NCBI GenBank assembly: GCA_000388065.2
Contig: KB932202.1
DNA length: 21,079 nt
Reading direction: 5' to 3' (one strand)
Source: Fonticula alba ATCC 38817
Lineage: Eukaryota > Protista > Nucleariida
The notes beneath the pieces are model-generated. The model saw only the letters and a program-made list of their open reading frames with translations. It was not told the DNA's origin and did no database searches. How positions within the stretch are numbered: position 1 is the first letter of the stretch; each line of letters begins with the position of its first letter. A program made the translations under genes and the position numbers. This document shows, piece by piece, positions 1 to 9,200 of the stretch.

Positions 1-4
1 CCGC

Positions 5-5
<1 letters not shown>

Positions 6-35
<30 letters not shown>
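6..35 (+). repeat. C30 homopolymer in the intron preceding the first SRP68-like exon
   Basis: Directly visible. Confidence 0.95.
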
Positions 36-103
36 TTCGCTCCAACCACTCACTCTTCCTCCTTCCCGCCGCCGCCGCGCGCCGCGCGCCACGCGCCGCA
101 CAG

Positions 104-1088
104 CGAGTATTACATCGGGCTGCTGCAGACCCCGATCGACGAGTCGGTCCGGCACCTGTTTGTGTCGCGGTTGGAGGTGCGCCGCGATGCGCCGGGCTCC
201 CGGCCCTTTTCCCGACGCCCCTGAGATGGCCCCTCCCCCCTCCCCCCCGCGCCTGTTGCTAACCCATCGGGCTACCTGCAGGACATCGATGCCATGCTCC
301 AGCGCTGTTTCTTCCGCCTGCAGATCCTCCCCCCGTCCAATGACCGGGCCGCCGCGCAGGCCGACTACGCCAAGCGCCTGGCCGAAATGGTGGCCGCCTC
401 CGACCAGCCGACCTACTTCCTGACGCCGGACGAGATCAGCACCGCCGGGACGGTGGCCGAGGCGGCCGCGCGCGCGCGGTCCGCCGGTGCACACGGCCTC
501 TCCAAGAAGCGCCGGCTCCTCGAGCAGACCGGCCTGCCGGAGGAGCTGCTGCCGGTGCTGCCGGTGCGTGTCGCCATTCTGTTGTGTTCGCCGGGCGCGC
601 ATGGCCACGGCCCTGCCCTCCCTCCTCCTGCATGCCCTGTGTCTGACTTGCCTCGCCCGTCCCCCCCCCCTCCCCTGCCCGGGGCCCATGTTCCGGCTGC
701 CTGCCTGCCTGCCTGCCGTCGTGGCCAGTGCGCCAAGCGTGCCAAGGCCCGGCAGAGCGCCATCCAGGCGGCTTGCGACGCGGTGGCCTCCGGCGGGCAG
801 CTGGAGCATGTCCCCACCTCGGCGGCCCTGGGCCTGGCCGAGGTGCCGCTCATCTTCTTCGACATGGTGCCGGGCTACCTGGCGCTTGGTGGCATCGACC
901 CGGCGCAGACCGTCGACAAGGTGGCTGGCCGGCCGACCGGGGGCAATCTGCCGGTGGTCCCGGCGGCGGCTGTGCCCCCGTCCGCGGCCCCGGTGGCCAC
1001 TTCGGCGCACGCGCCCATGGAGGTTGTCCGCTCGGAGGAGGAGGATGACGACGATTTCGTCGACGCCGAGGAGGGATCCGACTGGTGA
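104..1088 (+). CDS. SRP68: SRP68-like protein (signal recognition particle 68 kDa subunit), 5'-partial, divergent and compact; exons 104-176, 282-563, 729-1088
   Basis: Splice sites seen: CAG 101-103; GTGCGC 177 / TGCTAAC 257-263 / CAG 281; GTGCGT 564 / CAG 728; phases are consistent; TGA at 1086-1088. The spliced peptide EYYIGLLQTPIDESVRHLFVSRLEDIDAMLQRCFFRL resembles human SRP68 IYEKLASAFTEEQAVLYNQRVEEISPNIRYCAYNI (end of the RNA-binding domain). VPLIFFDMVPGYL resembles the C-terminal KPLFFDLALNHV SRP72-binding motif. The gene model is solid; the family call rests on two remembered motifs. Confidence 0.55.
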
Positions 1089-1210
1089 GTGTGCGGTGCT
1101 GTGGCGTGGTGTGTGCCCTGCTCCGGCCGCCGGGGCGGGCGCGGCGGCCGTCCTTTGCCGGGCCTCCCCCCCCCCCCGCTCCCCTGCGTGTGCACCTGCG
1201 GGTGTTCGCG

Positions 1211-1238
1211 CACACCCACACCCACACCCACACCCACA
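1211..1238 (+). repeat. (CACACC)4 hexamer repeat
   Basis: Directly visible; a shorter copy of the same unit occurs in ATR intron 2 near 2555-2572. Confidence 0.9.
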
Positions 1239-1408
1239 TACACACACATTTGTACTCGCGCGAACGCAAGCACAGGGGCGAGTGCACGCCGTGCCCCCTC
1301 CTGCGTGCGTGGGCGCGCGCGTGTCCGCCGAAGCGCCACCCCCCCTCCCGCTGGCGCATGGCGCGCCATCCCCCGCCGCGGCGGCGCCACCTGCTGCCAA
1401 CGCATCTA

Positions 1409-1417
1409 GCCAATATA
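1409..1417 (+). promoter_or_regulatory. GCCAATATA, candidate 3'-end element of the SRP68-like gene
   Basis: Shares the GCCAATA core with the two elements above; includes the AATATA poly(A)-signal variant; 320 nt after the stop. Confidence 0.3.
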
Positions 1418-1492
1418 CAGACACCCAGCTTTCCATCCGTTGGTGGGTGAGCGTGCGCGTGCGCGCCCTGCCTCTCCCTGTCTCTGTCCCTG

Positions 1493-1512
1493 TCTCTCTC
1501 TCTCTCTCTCTC
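1493..1512 (+). repeat. (TC)10 microsatellite
   Basis: Directly visible. Confidence 0.95.
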
Positions 1513-1621
1513 TGTCCTGCCCGGCCGCCGGTTGCCGGCTGTTTGGGTCCCGCTCCTGGCGCGCCCCCTTGCCGGTTCCGCTGTGCCGGGGCAGATCGGG
1601 CGCCCGATCGCCCTTGGCCCG

Positions 1622-1624
<3 letters not shown>

Positions 1625-1653
<29 letters not shown>
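1625..1653 (+). repeat. G29 homopolymer upstream of ATR
   Basis: Directly visible. Confidence 0.95.
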
Positions 1654-1656
<3 letters not shown>

Positions 1657-1805
1657 GGCCGGGCTCCGGGCCGGAGTGTGTCGGCCCCGGGCCCGGGAGT
1701 GCCGTGGGTAGTCCGGCGCCCCCCTCCGCCGGGTCCCTTCAAGAGGGGCAGATCGCAGGGGTGGGCAGGCGCTGAGCATGACGGCTGGCATGATTTTGTC
1801 CTCTG

Positions 1806-1810
1806 CACAC

Positions 1811-1848
<38 letters not shown>
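1806..1848 (+). repeat. Interrupted (CA)n microsatellite upstream of the ATR ATG
   Basis: Directly visible, one G interruption at 1815. Confidence 0.95.
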
Positions 1849-1850
<2 letters not shown>

Positions 1851-1970
1851 CCCGCCCGACCTGTGCCTTTTCGTTTGGCACGCCTTGCCAGCTCCTCCGT
1901 GCACGCACTTCCACCCTCCCCCGTGCCTCGCTTCTAGCTTCCTCCATCTTCCGTGCCTGCTGCCCTGACC

Positions 1971-3295
1971 ATGGCGCCCGGCGCGCCGTCGCAGCCGCAG
2001 CCGCGGTCGCGGTCGCAGCCGCACTCGCAGGCGCAGGCGCAGGCGCAGGCGCAGCCGCACCACCAGCAACAGGCAACCATCGCCACGCTCAGCCCGGAGC
2101 AGAAGACCCGGGTGCACGCCCTGTTGACCGGGCTTCGCTGGCTGCGCGACTCGTACTTCTTCCCGTCCGCCCGGGCACCGGGGGGCCTTCTCCTCCGGGG
2201 CCCAAGCGACCAGCCGCCCGGGGACGGGTCGGCCGCCGGCCACACGAGCGACCTCTGCTCGCTGCCCGGCCCCGGGCAGGAGACCGAGCACTATGCTGGT
2301 GCGCGCCGAAGCCGGCTCTCCCGCCCTCCCCCGCCCCCCACCCCGTGTCTCCCGTGCGACTGACACTTGGCCGGGGTCTTCCCCCCCCCCCCCCCCCCTC
2401 CCTGTCGAAAGTGGCCGTGGCCATCCTCCAGGAGGCGCTGTCCCTGCTGGAGAAGTTTCCGAATTTCTTCCCCCACCTGTCGGCCAGTGCGTTGTCCCTC
2501 GGTTCCTGGGGCTTCCCCTCCGTGCCTCTCCCTTGCGCCGGTTTTGCGCGCGCGCCCACACCCACACCCACATGCATGTCCTTGTTCTCAGGCCGGATGC
2601 TAATCTCCCCAGCGCTCGGCCGCCCCTGGCATGGCCGCAGCCCGGTCGTCCTCGTCGCAGCTTCTGCGCGATCTCCACTGCGGGGCCCTGCTGCTGACGT
2701 GCGCGCGGCTGGCTACCACCACGCACCGGCGCCTGACGTGCCGGCACGGGACCCCGGCCGGGGCGTACTTCGCCCCGGACGCCGGGGCCTGCGCACTGGT
2801 GTTGCACATTCGCCAGCGGGCCATCCCGGCACCGGCGGCGGCGCCGCTGCCCGGGCTGCCGGCCCCGGGCGCCGCATGCCCCGGCCCCAGCGCCGCGGCC
2901 CTGCTCACCCAGGTCCTGGCCACGTCCGGCGATGTGACGGCCCTGGTCCGGCAGCTGACCGATGTGACGGCCTCCTTCGCCACCAGCGACCTGTCCCTCA
3001 TCGAGGGCATCATGCTGGCCAGCCTGGACTCGCTGCTCAGTATGTTTCCTTTTTTTCCTTTTTTTTTCCTTTTTTTGGCATCCCGCCCCCGGGGCAGGCG
3101 TGCCACCGTCTCGTCCCCCCCTGCCCCCCTGCCCCTTCCCGGCCGCCCGCGGCAGTCACACTGACACTGCCCTCGCGCCGCGCAGATCTGGCGACGCTGC
3201 CCGTCCAGGTGGACGCCAAGGCCCGGTCCGGCTTGGTGCCCCTGCGCTTTGAGCCCTTCGCCCTGTTGGCCGTCCTGAGCCCGGGCTTCGTCGAG
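1971..3295 (+). CDS. ATR: Putative N-terminal exons 1-4 of ATR (1971-2298, 2412-2486, 2641-3039, 3186-3295)
   Basis: ATG 1971; donors GTGCGC 2299, GTGCGT 2487, GTATGT 3040, GTGTGT 3296; acceptors AAG 2411, CAG 2640, CAG 3185; branch-like CTGAC/CTAAT in each intron; no stop. It ends in phase 0, matching the phase-0 start of the exon at 4197. The link crosses the 793-N gap, so it is inferred. Confidence 0.62.
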
Positions 3296-6200
3296 GTGTG
3301 TTTCCCTGGCCGTCCCCCGCCCCCGGATCGCGCCTCCTTGCTTCCTGTCCGCCCGCGGGCTCGCCCACTGACAGCGGNNNNNNNNNNNNNNNNNNNNNNN
3401 NNNNNNNNNNNNNNNNNNNNNNNNNNNNNNNNNNNNNNNNNNNNNNNNNNNNNNNNNNNNNNNNNNNNNNNNNNNNNNNNNNNNNNNNNNNNNNNNNNNN
3501 NNNNNNNNNNNNNNNNNNNNNNNNNNNNNNNNNNNNNNNNNNNNNNNNNNNNNNNNNNNNNNNNNNNNNNNNNNNNNNNNNNNNNNNNNNNNNNNNNNNN
3601 NNNNNNNNNNNNNNNNNNNNNNNNNNNNNNNNNNNNNNNNNNNNNNNNNNNNNNNNNNNNNNNNNNNNNNNNNNNNNNNNNNNNNNNNNNNNNNNNNNNN
3701 NNNNNNNNNNNNNNNNNNNNNNNNNNNNNNNNNNNNNNNNNNNNNNNNNNNNNNNNNNNNNNNNNNNNNNNNNNNNNNNNNNNNNNNNNNNNNNNNNNNN
3801 NNNNNNNNNNNNNNNNNNNNNNNNNNNNNNNNNNNNNNNNNNNNNNNNNNNNNNNNNNNNNNNNNNNNNNNNNNNNNNNNNNNNNNNNNNNNNNNNNNNN
3901 NNNNNNNNNNNNNNNNNNNNNNNNNNNNNNNNNNNNNNNNNNNNNNNNNNNNNNNNNNNNNNNNNNNNNNNNNNNNNNNNNNNNNNNNNNNNNNNNNNNN
4001 NNNNNNNNNNNNNNNNNNNNNNNNNNNNNNNNNNNNNNNNNNNNNNNNNNNNNNNNNNNNNNNNNNNNNNNNNNNNNNNNNNNNNNNNNNNNNNNNNNNN
4101 NNNNNNNNNNNNNNNNNNNNNNNNNNNNNNNNNNNNNNNNNNNNNNNNNNNNNNNNNNNNNNNNNNNNNNCCCCCCCCCCCGCGCGCGCGCGCTAGGCCG
4201 GCTCCTGCATGGAGTTGAGCTCGGTGGCCGAGCGCGTGTCGGCCGGGCGCTTCTTCTTGGCGCTGATCGAGGCCCTGCTGCTGGGCCGGCCGGAGGCCGA
4301 GGCGGCCGCCGGCGGGCTGGCCGGCGGGCTGGCCGGGTTCTTCGGCCAGCCGGACCCGGCGGCCGCCGGGCCGGGGGTCCCTTCGGCCGAGCCGGGGCCC
4401 GGCGACGCGGCGGACCTGCTGGCGGCCGGGCAGCCGCCGGGCTTCAGCAACCCGGCCTACTTGACCTTCTTCCTGCCGGTGGTGTGGACCGTGGTGCAGT
4501 CGGTGTGCGCGGCGGCCGGGCTCTTTCTCGGGCCGTGGCCGGACGCGCGGCGGCTGCTGGTCCAGCCGCTGGCCGGGCCGGCGTCGGTGTACGGGGTCCC
4601 GCGGCCCGGGGCCGGCGGCCCGGCGGCCGGGCTCTGGCAACTGGACTGCGCGTCGGGGCTGGACGATTTGCTGGCTCGGCTGGCCTTTGCCGAGGGGTTC
4701 TTCGACTTTGCCCGGCGGGTGTGTGCCCTGTCGGTGTCGGGCCGGCTGGCCCCCGGGGACACCGGGGCGGCCCTCGGGCAGCTGGCCTGCACCGTGGCGG
4801 CCTGGCTGTGCGAGGATGGCCGGTGGCGGGTGGCGCTGGCCGGGGCCCGGCCCGCCGACCGGCCGGTGCTGCACCGCCAGCGTCTGGCCGCCCGGCGAGC
4901 CGCCACCCGGCTGCTGGAATGGCTGCTGGCCGCCGAGCGGGCCGGGCGCCTGGTCCTGCCCCGGGCGTCCGGGGTGGAGTTCGCCCTGGCGACCCTGTGC
5001 GCCGGGCTGAGCGCCGGCCTGGAGCCGGCCGGCGGCCCGGAGCCCGAGCCCGAGGACCAGGATGTCGGCTGGGTCGGGCGGCTGGGCCTGCGCCGGGGGG
5101 CCGGCGGCCGGGACCCGACGGCCGATGCGCTGGCCGCCTTCCTGGCCGTCGGGCGCTTTGCCGGCCGGTATGTCCATGCGGCCGGCGAGGCGCCCTCCAT
5201 CTTCCTGCTGTCGGCCTTCGTGCGGGCCGGCGTGGCGCTGGCCGGCGCCCCGGAGCCGGGTGGCGTTGGGTCGCCCGGGCCGGCGTGCCCGGCGGCCGGG
5301 TCGCCGGCGCCGGCGCCCGCGCCCCCGCCCGCCCCCGCGGCCGGGCTCTTCCCCATGCTGGCGGCCCTGTCCGAGGCCTTTGTCCGGTACTTTGACCGGT
5401 GCACCTGCCCGGGGCCGGGGTCGGGGCCGGCCGCCGGCGACCCGGCCCCCGGCAAGCGGCCCTGGCTGCCCCCCGGCCACGGGTCGCCAGGTCGCAAGCG
5501 GCCCCGCGCCTCGGGCCCGGCTGCCCATCCGATGGTGGTGGACATGCTGGGGGCCGGCGCGGTGGACGACGGCCCGGCCAGCACGCCGACCCCCTCGCAG
5601 GACGCCTGGCACCAGGCGGCCGCACCGGCAGCCGGTGCGGCCGCGGCGCCCTCCCCCTCGACGGTGGCCACGACGACCACGGCCGCGACGATGGCGGCCA
5701 TGGCAGCGGGGCTGTCGTGCTCCCCGCTGGCGGGCGTGTCGGCCGCGGCCGGGCCGTTCGAGCCGCGGACGCCCTCGAGCCCGCTGCTGCGGCTGCTCGG
5801 CGGCCAGGCCCCGGGGGGGGCCGTGTCCGGGGCCAGCCCGGGCCTCGCCACCCCGGGCGACCGGTCGCCCTCGCTGATGTCGGCCCTGAGCGGCTTCTCC
5901 TGGACCATTGCCATTCTCAATCAGCTGGACGCCGGGGGGTTCGCGTGGCCGGGCGACCCGGCGCCCGGGGTGTCGCCGGTCCACTTTGCCGGGGGCATCT
6001 TCGCGTCATGCCACTCGGCGGTGGAGGGGTGCCCGGGCGGCCGGCGGCCGGGGCGCCGGCTGGCCGACGCGTCCATGCGGAACATCGGCCCGGCGGCGTT
6101 GGGGCTGTGGCTGGCGCTGCTGCGGCGCCTGGCCGGCCGGCCGGCCGGCCCCCCCCCGGGCAGCGAGGCCTCCATGACCCCGGGGTCGCCCGGGCCGAGC

Positions 6201-9200
6201 CGGGCCGGGCCGGACCGGGCCGGGCGCGAGCTGGCTCTGGCCCTGTGGGCGGCCGGCCTGGCCGGCCTGGCCTGGGGCCGGGTCGATGGCTCCGGCGATC
6301 CCGGGCCCTGCCCCTGCGGGGGGTATGCCCTGCTGTGGCGCCCGGGCGCCGCCATGGACACGGTGCTCGGCCTGCGGGTGCCGGCATCGGTCGAGGTGGC
6401 GGCCCTGGTCCGGGAGCTGGGCCCCGGGGCCGGGGCGCCGGTTGTCGTGGTCCCGGCCGGGGCGCCGGGGCCGGTGCCCTGCCTGGAGTTCCGGCTGCTG
6501 GGGCTGGGTGCGGCCTGTGGGGAGATCCGCGCGCTGGCCGCCGGCCCCGGGGCCTCGCGGGCCAGCCTGCTGCTGGAGCCGATCGATGCCTGGTCGTCGT
6601 CGGCGGCCGGGCCGCTGGCCGGGCCGCTGGCCCGGGCCTTTGTCGAGCTTCTGGCGGCCTTGGGGGACGCGCGGCCGGCTGCCTCGGACGGCCTGCTGGC
6701 CGCGGTATCCGACAGTGTGGCCGGCTTCCTGGGGGCAGCCGTGCGCGAAGCGCGCGCGGCCCTGGACTCGCCTGGGCCCGGGGCCCGGGCCCGGGCCCTG
6801 CTTCGCCAGGTGGGCAGCCTGCTCCGGGCGGTGGTGGCCCTGGCCCGGGGGGCCGCGGCGGCTCCGCCCCGGGCCGGGGTGTCCCTCTGTCGGGTGGCCA
6901 CCCTGGCCGTGGATGCGGCCCTGCTGGGGGGCCAGCTGTGTGGGGCCTGCGCGGATGGGGTTCTGGAGGGCGCGGCCCCGGTGGCCGTCGGCATGGCCGA
7001 GGTCGAGCCCCTGGCCGCGGCCACCGCCGAGCTGCTGTTCCTGTCCCGGCGGCTGGTGGCGCTGGCGCACGCGCTGGCCGACGCCCCGGTGCCCCTGGCC
7101 CCGAGGTGCATGCTGACCGGGCCGCCAGCCGGGCAGCGGTGCTTCCTGGATGCCGCGAGCCTGGCCGGGACGCTGGCCCGGGTGCTGGCCGCCGGCCGCG
7201 GGCCGCCCTCGGTCGGGGCCATCTGCGCGCTGGCCGCCGGCCGGGCCTCCGGCGACCCGGATTGCCCCGGGTGCGGGGGGTTCCTCGGCCGGTCGTCCGC
7301 CGGCGGCCGGTGCCCTGTCGGGGCCGGCCCCGGCCGGCCGGACCCCCCGGCCGGGGTCGTCCTGCTGCCCGTGCTGGACCGGCTGATGGGGGACCTGCGC
7401 GAGCTGGCCGACCGGCTGGCCTCGGCCTCGTCAGCCTCCTCGGCCTCCTCGGCCCCCGCATGCCCCTCGCCTTCTTCCCCCGCCGCCGCCGCCGCCGCCG
7501 CCGCCGCCTCCTCCTCGGCCACCTCGGCCACCTCCTCGCCGGCATGGGGCCCGGGGCAGGCCGGGCCCGGCGGCCGGCCACTGGCCGACGTCGCCCGGGC
7601 CAAGGCCACCCTGCGGGCCCTGGCGGCGGTGCTCCGCCATGGGGGCTGCCCGCCGGGGCATGTGCGCCCGGTGCTGGCGGTGCTCAAGCGCCTGGTGCGG
7701 CCGCGGTCCGGGCACCTGCTGCCGGCGCAGGCCCCGGCCCCGGCCGCCGGGGCCGCCATGCATGCCCTGGTGGCCGACCTGACCGGGGTGGCCGAGCTGG
7801 CCCGGCGGGCGGTGGCCGAGCTGCCTGCCTGGCTGGTGCCGGGGCCCGGGGCGCGCCCCGGGCGAACGGCCGCCCTGCAACTGGCGCGCAGCCTCTGCCA
7901 GTCGCTGGACCCGGGCCACTGCCTGGCCGGGGTCCGGCTGGTGGAGGTGCTGCTGCCGGGGGCCGCCCGGGCGGGGGGGCTGCTGCCGGCCGGCGGGACC
8001 CGGCCCGGGGCCGGGCACGGGCTCCCGCCGCCGGACCCGGACGCCGGGCCCTTCCTCGTGTCGCTGGTGTGCATCCTGGCCCGGGTGCTGGCCAGCCCGG
8101 TGGCGGCCCTGGCCGGCGGCGGGCCCGGGGCGCCCGGCAGCCCGGCGGTCCCCGGGGCCCGGGGCCAGCTGCAGCTGTCCCCGCGCGAGGAGGCGCACCT
8201 GGTCCTGCGAAGCCTGACCACGCACGGGCTGAACCCGCCGGCGAGGGCCGCCGCCCGGGGCCGGCGCTTTGCCTTCCGGAATGGGCCCGGGGCCGGGGCC
8301 GATGACGGCCCGGCCGGGGCCCGGTCGGCCGCCTCGCTGGACGCCTTCCTCGGGGGGCTGGTGGACCTGCACCCGGAGCACTGGGCCGCGGAGCTGCTGG
8401 CCGAGCCGCTGCTGGCCGGGCCGCTGCCCGGGGCCGGGCCCGGGGCCCTGTGCCGGACGACCGCCCGGCTGCTTGGCATGCCGGTGCCGGCGCTGCTGGA
8501 GCGCCTGGCCCCGTGGCTGGTGCCGCGGCTGGTGCTCTTCGGCGAGGGGCCGGAGTCGCCTCGGGCCGCGGTGTCGGCACCGGCCTCGGGCCCGGCCACC
8601 GGGCCCGGGTCCTGGCAGGCGCACCTGCTGCCGGGCCACGCCTGGCCGGACCCGGCGCTGGCCCCGCACCCGGGGAACACCCTGCTGGCCTTTGTCCGGC
8701 TGACCGGGCGCCGGGCGGACGCCGTGTCCCAGCTGCTGGACCAGATCGACCACCTGCTGCTGTGCTCGGTGTATGTGTCGGCGCTGCCGGGGCTGGCGGC
8801 GGCGGCGGCGGCGGCGGGGCCGGGGCCGGGGCCGGGGCCGGCAGTGTCCGGGCCGGCCGACCCGCCGGACGCCCTGGTCTTTGACCCGTCCAGCCCGGTG
8901 GGCGTGGCGCTGTATGGCGGCGGGGCCGGGGCCGGCGGGGACGCCGGCGGCCCGGACGGCCGCGCGGCCCTGCGCTTGGACATGGCCCAGGTGGACGCGG
9001 TGGCGGCGCGCGCCGCGCGCGACTCCATCAGCTCCATCTTCCGGATGCTTCTGGGCGCGCCGGCGGTCGGGCCGGGCCCGGCCCCGGCCCCGGCCCCGGA
9101 TGACCCCTCGGCGCCGGCCCTGGTGTGCGACCGCCGGGCCCTGTGGGTGCTGCGCACGTGCGCCCACCGGGTCCTGCTGACGGGGCTGCTGCATCTGGGC

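Noticed and set aside
487-1968. 493-aa ORF overlapping gene 1 and the intergenic region
   Set aside because: Off-frame through gene 1 and made of translated CA, CT and G repeats.
2592-2612. CAG 2591 or CAG 2612 as the acceptor of ATR intron 2
   Set aside because: With donor 2487 both put exon 3 in a non-coding-like frame. 2591 lies upstream of the branch-like TGCTAAT and 2612 only 9 nt after it. CAG 2640 keeps the frame.
1778-5395. 1,205-aa ORF as a single CDS
   Set aside because: It strings together microsatellite, introns, two real exons and an N gap; the spliced model explains the coding-like parts.
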